Below are positions 34,730-45,822 of a stretch of DNA of 64,000 nt, one piece after another (position 1 is the first letter of the stretch; each line of letters starts with the position of its first letter). The position numbers were made by a program, and so were the translations under genes. The notes under the pieces were generated by a model. It searched no databases and was not told the DNA's origin. It saw only the letters and a program-made list of their open reading frames with translations. The DNA is taken from NCBI GenBank assembly GCA_963804955.1, contig CAWDSQ010000036.1, positions 12,337 through 76,336 of the forward strand, in the 5' to 3' direction. This DNA is from an uncultured delta proteobacterium. Its GTDB lineage: Bacteria > Desulfobacterota > WTBG01 > CAIYCZ01 > CAIRTM01.

Positions 34730-34911
34730 GAGCGCGTATTCTCCTTTGATGGGCACTGAATTAATTGCCTATTGTAGTTATAGGCTCACCTATGAGGTTT
34801 TGCAATGCCGTGCAGCAGAAAAAACCGGGAACCCGGAGGCAGCCGGCAGGGTGCGCACAAAAGGATCCCGGGCAAGCAGGAAGGACGTTTGTATTCAAAT
34901 GTGCCGATCAT

Positions 34912-37148
34912 CTAGGAAAGCATCTCCAGCTCTTCATTGGCGTACATGAGGCGGCCCGCAACCAGCCGCACGATGAAGCGGTGAAAGGCCGAGGCGAGCT
35001 CCGCGTCCTGCTTCTCCATGCGCGCAAGATCATCGGCCCTCAGGCGATACAGAACGCCCGGCCCGTCGGTGTAGACCGATGCCGAACGTGGCATGCCCAG
35101 ATACAGGCCGATTTCCCCGACAACCGTTCCCGCCCCCATGGTTCGCAGACGCTTGCGTGTGCCGCCTGCCGGCTCGATATAAGCGGTGACAGTGCCCGAT
35201 TCGATGAAGTAAAGATGCTGGGCCGGGGTTCCTTTCGTAAACAGGCGAAAGCCGGCAGGCTCTTCAATGCGCTCAAGATACTGCATGAGCCTGTCGATCA
35301 TGGCGGGGTCGGGGAAGAAATCGGTTAAATGCTCTTTCAGCGAGCACGAGACACCGGTGCAGGCAAGCTGCGCTGCCTGCAAGCATCTGATTCTCGCACC
35401 ACTCTATGGCATGGTCCATATCGGCAAACACACTGCAGTGCGGGCACAGGGGCCCGTCGGCCGCGGGAATGCAGCCGCCCTCACGCAGCATGGTGCGCAC
35501 GCCGGGCTGCAGATGGACGAATATCAGGCAGACGCCGTTTGCCTCGGCGAACTGGCTCATTTTTGAGAAAATGAGCACCGACGAGGAATCGATGCCGCTT
35601 ACGAACCTGAAATCAAGCATCAGGTACCGCGCGGGCATGCGGCCCTCGGCGCGCACCAAGGCCGTGCACATGCACGAGCAGGTTATAGGCCGTGCCGAAG
35701 AAAATAAAGCCCTGGAGGCGCAGAATGGCTATCTGGCCGCCCTGCTCCTGCAAAAGGTCCTGCTCGCGGTAGGAGCGCTGCACATTGCTGTGCAGCATGG
35801 CGCCGGTAAATTCGGTCTTCACCACATTAATGCGGCTGTAGTTGAAGGCAAAAAGAATCGTTGCGGCCACGATCCCCACGCCTACGCCGGGCACAAAGCC
35901 GAACACGGCGATGATGACGATGATGGCGATCACCAGGGCGTAGTCAAACCGCGACAGCCGCCACCACCCGTCATAAACCCACTCGATCAGCAGCGACAGG
36001 CCAAGGTAGAGCAGCAGCCCCCCGAGCACGCACCGGGGAATATAGGTGACAAACTGAGCGCCCGCCAGCAGCACGCCCGCGCACAGCAGCGCTGCGGCCA
36101 TGCCCGAGACGCGGCTCGTTGCGCCTGCCTTGAAGTTGAGCAGGCTGCGGGTCAGGGCGATGCATCCCACCAGGCCGCCGAAGGGGGCCGCAAATACGTT
36201 TGCCAGGCCGTTTGATTTCAGCTCGGCGTCAAGGTCGATGTCGGTTCGCGAAGCGATTTCGATGCTTGCGGCATTGAGCAGAATCACGATGGCGGTCACG
36301 GCCATCAGCGCCAGCATATCGGGCGACTGCACCAGCAGCAGATGCCAGTTGATCCGGCCCGGGGACAGCTCCTGAAACGCATGGCCCAGCAGATGTGCCG
36401 GAAGGGGCGCGAGCAGCCAGCCCTCTGCCGCTGCCTGCGCAGGCGCCATGCCGGCGCTCAGCAATACCCCGTGCACGCAGGCAATGCCTGCCAGCAGCAG
36501 CGCGGGCATGATGAGATAGTGCTTCCAGAAGCGCAGCGCGGCGGTCAGGGCCAGAGCAAGACATGCCCCCGGCAGCCAGTGCGCTGCTTTTTCCGGCTGC
36601 AGCAGCTCAGCAGCGCTGCCTGCCGTGAGCGGCACATTGGCCATGACAGTGAACGAGCCGCTCACCAGCAGCCATCCCGTGCCAGCGAGAAAACCGCCGA
36701 TGACCGGATAGGGAATGAACCGAATCCAGCGGCCCATGCTGAACCTGCCCAGCAGATACAGGGCAAGGCCGGTGAGCGCGGTGCTCAGGGCAAGGCCTGC
36801 CCACAGCGTTGCATAGAGGGGGCCGGCGCCATCGCCGCTCATCTGAGCGGCGATGGCAGCCGCCATGAGAGCGACAATGGCTGAAATATTGGCGTCGGGA
36901 CCGGCTATGATAAAGGGCGATGAGCTGCGGCAGGCGACCGTAAAGCCTATGACGGCCGAGCTCACCATGGCGCTTGCTATGCCCAGGTTCAGGTGCGGGG
37001 CAAGGCTTCCGGAAAATATGAGGGCTGCATAGGAAATGCCTGCTATGAGGGTCATCAGGCCCGCCATGAAGCCCGCAAACAGATTGGGCGCTATGTCGCG
37101 GGGGCGAAAGTCTTCCTGAAATGCCGGCATGATGCGTATGGGCTTCAC
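34912..37148 (-). CDS. SulP-family anion transporter with STAS and cNMP-binding domains (two frameshifts)
   Basis: SYAALIFSG, RFIPYPVIGGFLAG, RLQGFIFFGTA, LDFRFVSGIDSS, GEIGLYLGMPRSASV. Confidence 0.9.
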
Positions 37149-37385
37149 GACTGCTGCCTCTGCCTGTGTTGTATATCTCTATTCTACCATTAGTAGGCGG
37201 GAGCGTGGTGATAAAAATGCGAGGGCGGGAGGCATCCATACATACAACAGTTATTCAAAGGCAGCAGCCTGGAAATTGCCGGAGCACTGAGCCTGATCAG
37301 AGGCACTAGTGTTTGCCTACCCACTGAACAATCAGGCCCGCCTGTGTTTTGTTTCGCCTGGCATGCTCATTCAGTCCCCCTGCCG

Positions 37386-39014
37386 TCAGTTTTTCGGCAC
37401 CGGCAGGATCAGGGCCGAGGGGTGGTCCGGCCCGGTCAGAATGGTGTTGGTTGCGGTGACCTCGCTTACATTGTCGGGGAAGTCTGCGCCGGTATTGGGG
37501 TTCACCTCGAAGCGCGGGTAGTTGCTGCTTGATATCTGCACCCCGATGCGGTGGCCCGCATTGAAAATAATGCTGAACGACCACAGGTCGATAGTCAGCT
37601 CGGCCGTCTCTCCCGGCACGACAGGCTCGGGCGCTGCCCCGCCGCTGCGGTACTTCAGCCGCTGTATGCTGTCGGTGAGCAGTATCTCTCTGCCGTCGGG
37701 ATAGATGTCGACGAGCTTGGCCGTGAAATCCGTGTCGGCGGCAGTGGTTTTCACAAAAAGGCGTACGGAAATCCGGCCGGTCGCCTCAACGGGTTCAGTC
37801 AGCGGATCCGTTGCAAAGGACACCACATCGCTGCGGCCGCTCACCTGCCGCTGATCGAAGGGCCCGGCCGGCAGCGACAGGTTCGCGCCGCCATGGGTCG
37901 GGCATGGATTTGCCGGATCAAAGGTAAAGGCATAGCTTTCCTCCTGCGCAGGAGGAATCTCGCTGAGCGCGTGTGACTGCCCGAGGTGGAATTCAAGCGG
38001 TTCGGTTTCCAGGGGCGGCCAGTCATCGGCCGTGCGCCAGATATTGCCCGGCGCTGAGGCATTGTCGACATCTCCCAGAACATAGTAGTACACCCGCGGC
38101 CTTTCCATGACCTCGGGGCCTGCGCCGGTCAGCCAGTACTGCATGAGCGCCCATTCCAGATCAGACTGCGGAAAAGTATAGTTGTCCGGCAACGCCAGGT
38201 CGCCCAGGTCCTGCTGCCTGCCGTGTGCCCAGGGACCCATGACCAGAAACTGATTGCCCCGGGCGCCGGCGCCGCCGCCATACTGCCGCGAGGTGAAGTT
38301 GTTGATGGTGCCCTGCTGAAAGATGTCCCACCAGCCCCCGAAGTGAATGGCAGGAGCAGTCACCCTGCCGGCCTGCGCTTCAGCGTCAAGCTGGTCCCAG
38401 AATGCGTCCTGCCGGGGATGCTCGCGCCAGGTCTGCAGCATATAGTCATTGCCCTGGCCGGCGGCCCAGTCCTCAACCAGCGCCTTGTTCCATACGCCGC
38501 CGATATAGGCCACGGCGTACAGAGAGGAGCAGGCAACGCTGATTGACTGGCCAGCAATGTCCTGTGTTGCCGGCGCCATCAGAATCTGCGTGATCCCCAG
38601 GGCCGAGCCGCCCATGGTCACGACGGTGCCGTTGCACCAGGGCTGGCTGCGGAGCCATGCCACGGTATCGGCCCCGTCCTGCAGTTCGCCCCAGGCGTCG
38701 TCAAGGAAAACCCGGTCGGTGCCTTCGCTGCCGAAGCGGCCGCGCGTGTCCTGCACCACAAGGCCGATGCCGGATGCTTTCAGGCTTCGCGCAGTTGTTC
38801 GATAGCTCTTGTCCGAGCGGCCATAGACGGTGCGCACCAGTATGACAGGCGCCGGGGTCGCCCGGGGTATAAAGCAGTCCGTCGCGAGCCGTATGCCGTC
38901 GCGCATGGGAGCCATCTGCGTGTCTGGCCGCGGGCTGCAGCCCGCGGCAGCAAGGGACATAAGCGCTGCAAGCAGCAGCGGGCACAGGGCGGACATTTTT
39001 TTTTGTATCGGCAT
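37386..39014 (-). CDS. CocE/NonD-family hydrolase (lipoprotein)
   Basis: Lipobox AAAGC; MRDGIRLATD, QDTRGRFGSEG, GGWWD, GPWAH, SSSNYPRF. Confidence 0.92.
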   Translation of the reverse strand: MPIQKKMSALCPLLLAALMSLAAAGCSPRPDTQMAPMRDGIRLATDCFIPRATPAPVILVRTVYGRSDKSYRTTARSLKASGIGLVVQDTRGRFGSEGTDRVFLDDAWGELQDGADTVAWLRSQPWCNGTVVTMGGSALGITQILMAPATQDIAGQSISVACSSLYAVAYIGGVWNKALVEDWAAGQGNDYMLQTWREHPRQDAFWDQLDAEAQAGRVTAPAIHFGGWWDIFQQGTINNFTSRQYGGGAGARGNQFLVMGPWAHGRQQDLGDLALPDNYTFPQSDLEWALMQYWLTGAGPEVMERPRVYYYVLGDVDNASAPGNIWRTADDWPPLETEPLEFHLGQSHALSEIPPAQEESYAFTFDPANPCPTHGGANLSLPAGPFDQRQVSGRSDVVSFATDPLTEPVEATGRISVRLFVKTTAADTDFTAKLVDIYPDGREILLTDSIQRLKYRSGGAAPEPVVPGETAELTIDLWSFSIIFNAGHRIGVQISSSNYPRFEVNPNTGADFPDNVSEVTATNTILTGPDHPSALILPVPKN

Positions 39015-39115
39015 AGAATCTCCTTTTTCGCAGCACAGAAGCATATGAGCCTTCCGGCTTCGGCTGCCTTGTTGACCTTACGGCGTATGGCAAAGCGGAC
39101 TCATCGAAGCCTTTT

Positions 39116-40396
39116 CTATTCCAGCACCTGCCTGCCGGTTCCGAACAGGTCCCACACAATGACCGCCAGCACCATAATGCCCGCGGCGCTGTAGAAAACA
39201 AGGTCCCACCGGCTGGTGAGCGATACGACACAGCCGACAAATACCGGCACGATGGCTCCTGCGATATTGCCCGCGGTAGTCTGCATGCCCATGATAATGC
39301 CTGCATAGCGGGGGGCTATGTCCATGGCATTGGGGCCGGTGGTGCTGCCGGTCATGGACATCATTCCCAGGGCCAGCGTAATGAGCAGGATGGCCTCGGT
39401 TTTGTTTCCGGCATGGGCCAGCAGCACCAGGAACAGGCTCGCGCTCAGCAGGCTCACCGTGTGAAGGCACTTGCGCACCAGGGTGATGCTTCCCGTGCGC
39501 CTGATCCACCAGTCGGCAAACCAACCCGTGGCATTGCTGCCGATGACCATGGCTATATAGGGCAGCATCGAGTAGACGCCCATTTCCTTGATGGAAAATC
39601 CGTGCGCTTTGACCAGGTAGGTCGGCAGCCAGGTCAGAAACATAAAGAAGCCCCAGCTGGTGCAGAAATGGTTGGTCACCAGCGCCCAGACCGGCGCCTG
39701 CAGCATAATTTTTTTCCAGGGCGTTTTTTGCAGCGGCGGAAGCTCCGGCGTATGTGCTTTGATATAGGCAAGCTCTTCGGCGCCGATCAGGCTGTGCTCC
39801 TCAGGCCTGTCGGCTGCAACCCTGTTCCAGGCCAGCAGCCAGACAAGACCGAATAATCCGAACACATAGAACACGCACTGCCATCCGAAGGTGCTCATAA
39901 TGAAGGCTGCCAGCGGGAAGGCGATAATATTGCCAACGGACACCCCCGAAAGGGTGAACCCCGCAACTCTGGAGCGCTCGCCCGCAGGGATCCATTTCGC
40001 GGTCATGCTCTGGATTGACGGGAAGTTGACGCCCTCCCCGATGCCCATGAGCGCCCGCATCGCCGTCATGCCGCCCACGCTGCGCGCCGCAGGGGTAAGC
40101 ATTGTAAACACGGACCACCAGAGCACGCCGATGCTCAGTATGCGCTTGCCGCCGAACCGGTCGGCAAGCCAGCCTCCGGGAATCTGCAGAAGCGTGTACC
40201 CCCAGAAAAATGATGAAAGGATCATGCCCAGGGCGGCCTCATTCCAGCCGAACTCCTTCATGATGACCGGCGCGGTGACTGAAATATTTACCCTGTCCAT
40301 GTAGCAGATGAGGTTGCTCAGGAAAAAAAAGATCACCAGGCGGATACGCTGCGGAATCCGGGAAGTGCGGGTCTGTGCTGGGGCTGTCGGTGGCAT
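39116..40396 (-). CDS. MFS transporter, anion:cation symporter (ACS) type
   Basis: YMDRVNIS, SSFFWGY...QIPGGWLADRFG, WLPTYL. Confidence 0.92.
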   Translation of the reverse strand: MPPTAPAQTRTSRIPQRIRLVIFFFLSNLICYMDRVNISVTAPVIMKEFGWNEAALGMILSSFFWGYTLLQIPGGWLADRFGGKRILSIGVLWWSVFTMLTPAARSVGGMTAMRALMGIGEGVNFPSIQSMTAKWIPAGERSRVAGFTLSGVSVGNIIAFPLAAFIMSTFGWQCVFYVFGLFGLVWLLAWNRVAADRPEEHSLIGAEELAYIKAHTPELPPLQKTPWKKIMLQAPVWALVTNHFCTSWGFFMFLTWLPTYLVKAHGFSIKEMGVYSMLPYIAMVIGSNATGWFADWWIRRTGSITLVRKCLHTVSLLSASLFLVLLAHAGNKTEAILLITLALGMMSMTGSTTGPNAMDIAPRYAGIIMGMQTTAGNIAGAIVPVFVGCVVSLTSRWDLVFYSAAGIMVLAVIVWDLFGTGRQVLE

Positions 40397-40789
40397 AGGC
40401 ACTTCATAGCACAATCCGGGATCAACAGAAAGCCATAACAGAGGGTATCCGTTTTGATTTTTTGTGAGGATCAGCAGGGGGATAGTTTCCAGCCAGAAAA
40501 CGGCGGTCCGGCAACCGGCCTGTAAATTTTTCAAGCCCTTCTCTGGATTTTTTTTAGATATAATTTGACGTGCAGCCGGAATTCAATCTAGAATTACCTG
40601 TAGAGCCTCCTGCTTTGCTGGAGGTGCGGTGACTTTGGCCAGCCACTCATTCAGGTCATGGCCTGGTATCTGTCATGAAGCAAGATACGCAGGAACCTTT
40701 TTTTATGGCATGCAACAAATTACTATAATCAATTATTCATGTGTTGGCGAGCAACAGAGACCTTCGTCATTCCCCTATGTTAAAAGTCA

Positions 40790-41050
40790 AGGGGCACCGA
40801 GAATGAAAGCATTGTTTTTTTCTTGGCTAATAAAGATCACATAACCATATATGCAAGGAACAATCCCTAAAACAATCTCCTATAAGCAGACAGGCCAGCC
40901 AAAGGCAAGAGCCGCTGCATTATCCGCATCATGTTTTAAAGGTGTGGGCCCGCAGTCTGGCTTGGAGCAGACGGGTTAAACCGCTGCAGGAATGACTCAG
41001 CGCTGCCCACAGAAAGAATATAATGGTGATTGTCCTTGTCCTTTGTTTTC
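40790..41050 (-). ncRNA. Predicted bridge/seekRNA (ends approximate); target-binding loop at 40944-41010
   Basis: Stem GUGGGC/GCCCAC enclosing GUCAUUC and CAAGCCAGA, which match both arms of the insertion target. Confidence 0.75.
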
Positions 41051-41059
41051 GGGGTTCAG

Positions 41060-42130
41060 TTATTCAACGATAGCCACAATATAGGGTTGCCGGTTGTTTA
41101 AAACAAAGCGTATTCGGTTCAAAAGTTTCCGGGCAATATGGATGATGGCGTTGTTCTTTTTCAGCCTCCGACACAGCTTATTAAAAGCCAGGGTCAACGC
41201 CGGGTCCTTGCGTACGGCAACCCAGGAGCTCTCCACCAGAATAGCCCGCAGCATCGGGTTGCGGCGCATGGTGATGTTGGTGATGTGTTCTTCTTCGCCG
41301 CTTGATTTTGTATCGGGGATAAGGCCGGCATAGCTTGCCAGCTTATCCAGATTTTTAAATCGGGAGATATCGCCGATTTCGGTTAGCAGTATCATTGCCG
41401 TTAGGGTGCTGATGCCGGGGATGGTTTTTAAAAGCCATACCGCTTCGACATAGTCGTAGGTTCGGGATAGCACAGTGATTTGCCGTGTTAACCCGGCAAT
41501 GAGCTTGCGCAGATGCAGCAGCTCTTCAATGAGGGTTGTCAAGGCTATGGTGCCGCTTGTGTGTTCAAACTGTACTGATTCAAGCCAGCTGATGAATCGA
41601 CGGGACCAGCGCTTTGTTTCCATTTCAGGAGGCAGAAAAACGCCATAAAAGGCCAGAAGTGAGGCAATCTGGTTCTTGCAGCGGGTCTGTTTGCGGACCA
41701 TGCCGTACCGGGTACGTAGCAAGCTGCGATCTTCACGCTGCATACTGCCGGGAATATAAATAGGCTGCAGGTCATGGCTTCTCAAGTTTTTACCCAATTT
41801 GCGGCTGTCGATTTTGTCATTTTTGCCGCGGCGCTGCTTGTCGGTCGTGGGAACATCGGCAGGGTTGACCACCATGGAGTCAACTCCCTGCTGATGAAGA
41901 CTATCATGAATCCAGTAGCCGCAAAAGCCTGCTTCGTAAGCAGCATGATACGAAGCGCCCGGGAACATGCGTTTGAGATAGCCCACAAGGCTCTGTGCAT
42001 TGGGCGGCTGTGTGAATGTTTTATGTTCATGATGTTCGGAAAAAATGCTCACGGTCCAGCTCTTTTTATGAACGTCCATGCCGACGTAGATGTTTTGCCC
42101 GGTAAAATCGGGCTGTACGGTTTGTTTCAT
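41060..42130 (-). CDS. IS110-family DEDD recombinase/transposase
   Basis: VGMDVHK, YEAG, KNDKID, IPGI, GLIPDTKSSG. Confidence 0.95.
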   Translation of the reverse strand: MKQTVQPDFTGQNIYVGMDVHKKSWTVSIFSEHHEHKTFTQPPNAQSLVGYLKRMFPGASYHAAYEAGFCGYWIHDSLHQQGVDSMVVNPADVPTTDKQRRGKNDKIDSRKLGKNLRSHDLQPIYIPGSMQREDRSLLRTRYGMVRKQTRCKNQIASLLAFYGVFLPPEMETKRWSRRFISWLESVQFEHTSGTIALTTLIEELLHLRKLIAGLTRQITVLSRTYDYVEAVWLLKTIPGISTLTAMILLTEIGDISRFKNLDKLASYAGLIPDTKSSGEEEHITNITMRRNPMLRAILVESSWVAVRKDPALTLAFNKLCRRLKKNNAIIHIARKLLNRIRFVLNNRQPYIVAIVE

Positions 42131-42368
42131 GGCAAGCCTCCTTTATGATGAGTACTACCATTTTACTGTAGCATTCTCAGTGTGGCTTGCTTCTTCTTTT
42201 AAACATAGGGTCTGGCTTGTCCGGAATCATTTTTCAGCATACCAAAAGGGATTCCCGTCAAGCGGGAATGACAAGAAATGCTGTCATACAGCTAACGTAT
42301 CCAACTGTTTTATGATTTTTGGTTACAAGATTTAGTTAAATGCTCTAACCGTGCAGAGGGGGAATCTT

Positions 42369-45062
42369 ATGAACGATGACGGCAAAAACAGGCGGCAGCT
42401 TCTGGAAGAGCTGGCGCTGCTGCGCGATAAAGTTGCAGAGCTTGAAGGCGCGGCGGGCGCCGCGCCCGGGGCTGGAATTAAAAATGCTTCCAAAAAAAGG
42501 AAAAGCCCCGCGTTCAAGCTTGACACGGCAGGAGTAAAAGCACCAGGTGAGATCGAGGCTCTCGTCCGGTTCTGTCTCGACAAAGTTCCTGACAGCGTAT
42601 GCCTCACGTCATCCGGAGGCAGAATCCTGTATGTCAATGCTCCTGCCGCAAAAAATCTGGGCTATGCCGTTGAAGAGCTGACAGGAAAATCCATGGCGGA
42701 GCTTGGCCCCAAAGCTCCCCGGGGCGCATGGAAAAAGCGGTGGTCTGAAATAAAGCAGAAGGGCTCATATTTTTTTGAAAGCCATCACATAAGAAAAGAC
42801 GGATCTGTATTACCCGTTGAAGTTATGGCAACCCATATTGCTTTCAGGGGCAGGGAGTATGGCTTTTTTCACGCCCAGGATATCAGCGGCCGCAAATCAA
42901 TAGAACAGGACCTGATAGACCAGAAAAATTTCTATGAAAAGATTCTTGAAACCGTCAATGACGGCATCTGGGTTACAAGCCCGCAGGATGTTATTATCTA
43001 TACCAATAAGGGAATGACAGGGATTTCCGGCATCCCCAAATCTAAAATTGAGGGTGTACATGTCCTCAACGGCTTCCCTGAAGAAACCATAACAAACTTC
43101 GGGCATTTTTACCGTGAGGCGCGAAAAACACTGCAGCCGGTGCAATATGAGGCATTTGTGGTGACGCCGTCAAACAGGGAAACCTGGCAGGCAGGCTGGC
43201 TGATACCGCTGGCGCATCAAGGCCGCTTTAACGGCATGATCTGCACCACACAGGATATTACTATCCAAAAGCAGACGGAGGATCAATACAGGACAATTCT
43301 TGAAACAACGCAGGACGGCTTCACCCTGCTGGATATGCAGGGCCGTCTTCTGGATGTGAACGATGCCTTCTGCGCTATGTCCGGATACAGGAGGGACGAG
43401 CTTTTGCGGATGCGCATCGGTGATATTGATGCGGCCCTGACGCCCCGGCAGATCAAAGGCATAATCAGCGAAGTAAAAAAAAGCGGAGGAACCTTTTTTG
43501 AAACAAGGCACCGGAGAAAAGATGGAAGTATTGTTGATGTGGAAATACGCTTATCGCACTTTGGCGCCGGAGAGGGAAGGATGGCCAGTCTGGCCCGCGA
43601 CATTACCGGGCGAAAGCGTATGGAGGATGAGCTGCGCCAGAGCGAAGCCGTGGCGCGCACGCTCCTGCATATACCCAGCACCGCCATGATGCTGCTTGAT
43701 ACAAAAGCCAGTTTTATTGAAGTCAATGAGACAATGACAAAGCGATTTTGCAGGACACGAGAAGAAATGAGGGGAATGTGCCTGTGGGACATCCTGCCGC
43801 CGCATGTCGCAGAGCTCAGGAAAGGATATTTTGCACAGGCTTTATCAACGGCTGAAATGGTGCGCTGGGAAGATGAGCGGCAGGGCATGTGGAACGACAA
43901 CTCCTTTATCCCGATTACCGATGAGCGCGGAAGATAGTGCAGGTAATAGGATTTGCCGTTGATATAACGGCAGGCAAGCGGGCTGAAATGCTCCTGAAAG
44001 AATCAGAGGAGCGGTACCGGCAAATATTTGAAACATGCGCCGAGGGGATTCTGGTGGCGATATTAAGACCAAGCGCTATACAATATGCAAATCCGGCAAT
44101 GTGCGGAATGCTTGGCTATACCCTTAAGGGGCTGCTGCAAAAGAGCCTGACTCCGCCATCCAACTTCGAAAATGTACAAGCTTTTGAAGAGGCAAAAAAA
44201 TATTTTGCAGAGATTGCCACGGGGAATACGATAACTGGCCGTGCCATCCCCTGCCGGCATAAGGACGGCTCTATTACTCTATGTGAATATAAGCGGCACA
44301 AAGATGAACATTGACGGCCGTGAATACAACGTGGGCTTTTTTACCGACATAACCGAGAGAAGAGCTGTTGAGCAGAAGCTGCAGAAAAGCGAAGAGCTGT
44401 TCAGGCAGACCTTTGAGCGTGCCCCTATCGGCATTGCCATTTTTGACAAAACGGGCACTGTCGTGAATGCGAACTCTTTTTTGTCAACCATTCTCGGTTA
44501 TGCAACGGATGCATTGAAAGAGCATGGTATTGATATGCATTTGCATGCAGAGGATAAGCAACGGAGCATCAAGGCTCTGCTGTCTTCCCTTGAAAAGCTC
44601 CGCGAGCATGCCGTGTGCGAGAAGCGCTATGTCGCCTGTGACGGTCATACGGTCTATGTAAAAGAATATACGCAGGGCATTTTCAGCACAGCGGATGATC
44701 TTGTGTTTCTGATTGTCCTGATTGAAGACATAACCACCCGCATGCAGGCTGAAAACCTCAATATAAATGTTATTACAAAGCTGAAGGATGTGTATAATGA
44801 GCTGCAAGACTTTTCCGCGATGCTGCCTGCGGAGCACAAATTTTCGAAACTTGTGTCCATTCATGATTACAATCTCTCCCCCATGGAGAACAGGGTGGCA
44901 TCATTGATCTATAACAGCTATTCGAATCAAAATATCGCATCAAAGCTCAATATTTCTGAAAATACGGTTAAGCATCACATAACAAGCATCTTCAGCAAAT
45001 TCAAAGTCAGAAACCGCCTTGAGTTTCTAAAAATTATCCGGGAAAAGCGGATAGTTATTTAG
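42369..45062 (+). CDS. Multi-PAS, LuxR-type HTH one-component regulator (frameshifts near 43930 and 44280)
   Basis: About six PAS/PAC units (RKDGS...VEV...DIT) and a C-terminal LSPMENRVA...SNQNIASKLNISENTVKHHITSIFSK; no kinase domain. Confidence 0.85.
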
Positions 45063-45166
45063 AAAAACCCCATGAGGAAAAGATGCCTCTGCGGCTGCTG
45101 CGGAATGCGTATGCTATACTTAAACGCAGAGCAGGCAGTAGTATGCCAGTCAGGACGAGTTGAACC

Positions 45167-45724
45167 GTGAAAAAGCTTATCGCACAAGCCCTTTTAATTT
45201 TGATGGGAGTATATTGCATGGCAGACAACGGCGATGCTTATGAAGCGGCCTATCCCAAAACGCCCGACGGACAGATTGACATCAAGACAATCCCGGCATC
45301 GAGGCTTATGGTGACCGAAAACCCCGGCAGCTATTTTGACAACAATAATGAGTTGTTTATGCGCCTGTTCCGGTATATAGGCGCCAATAATGTTTCCATG
45401 ACCGTGCCGGTTGAAGCCGACATTGAAAATGCCCGGATGAAGTTCTATGTGGGCGGCCCCGACAGCGGCAAAGACCTGCCCGACCGCGAAGAGGTGAAGG
45501 TGGTCAGCCTGCCGGAGCGGACGGTTGCGTCCATCGGTATCAAGGGTTCATATACACAAGACAAATTCGAGAAGAACAGGCAAAAGCTGGAAGCCTGGCT
45601 GCGGGAGAACCCGCGCTATGCGGCTGCAGGCGCTGCCTATGCCGTGTACTGGGACGCTCCGTTCGTGCCATGGTTTTTGAAGCACTCGGAGGTGCATATT
45701 CCCGTAACGGAAAAAAAGCAGTAG
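45167..45724 (+). CDS. SOUL heme-binding family protein
   Basis: FMRLFRYIGANNVSMTVPV; YWDAPFVPWFLKHSEV. Confidence 0.8.
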   Translation: MKKLIAQALLILMGVYCMADNGDAYEAAYPKTPDGQIDIKTIPASRLMVTENPGSYFDNNNELFMRLFRYIGANNVSMTVPVEADIENARMKFYVGGPDSGKDLPDREEVKVVSLPERTVASIGIKGSYTQDKFEKNRQKLEAWLRENPRYAAAGAAYAVYWDAPFVPWFLKHSEVHIPVTEKKQ

Positions 45725-45822
45725 CAGGCAGGTATGCCCCGGGCGCCGTTGCGCAGATCCATCCCACGCACCCTCTCTTCCTTGTGGGTGAGGGCTAAGC
45801 AGGTTTTTCTTTGACTGACGTG

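Larger units (their letters stand above)
40773..42211 (-). mobile_element. IS110-family (IS1111-like) insertion sequence, 1439 bp, inserted in a REP palindrome
   Basis: Terminal IR CCCTATGTT...AACATAGGG; TC on both flanks; rejoined flanks give GTCATTCTGGCTTGTCCGGAATC. Confidence 0.9.

Noticed and set aside
40860..40890. Donor-binding guides of the bridge RNA (TCCCTA, TCTCCTATA)
   Set aside because: Only partial matches to the donor junction TCCCCTATG, and I cannot support an enclosing structure by eye. Left unassigned.
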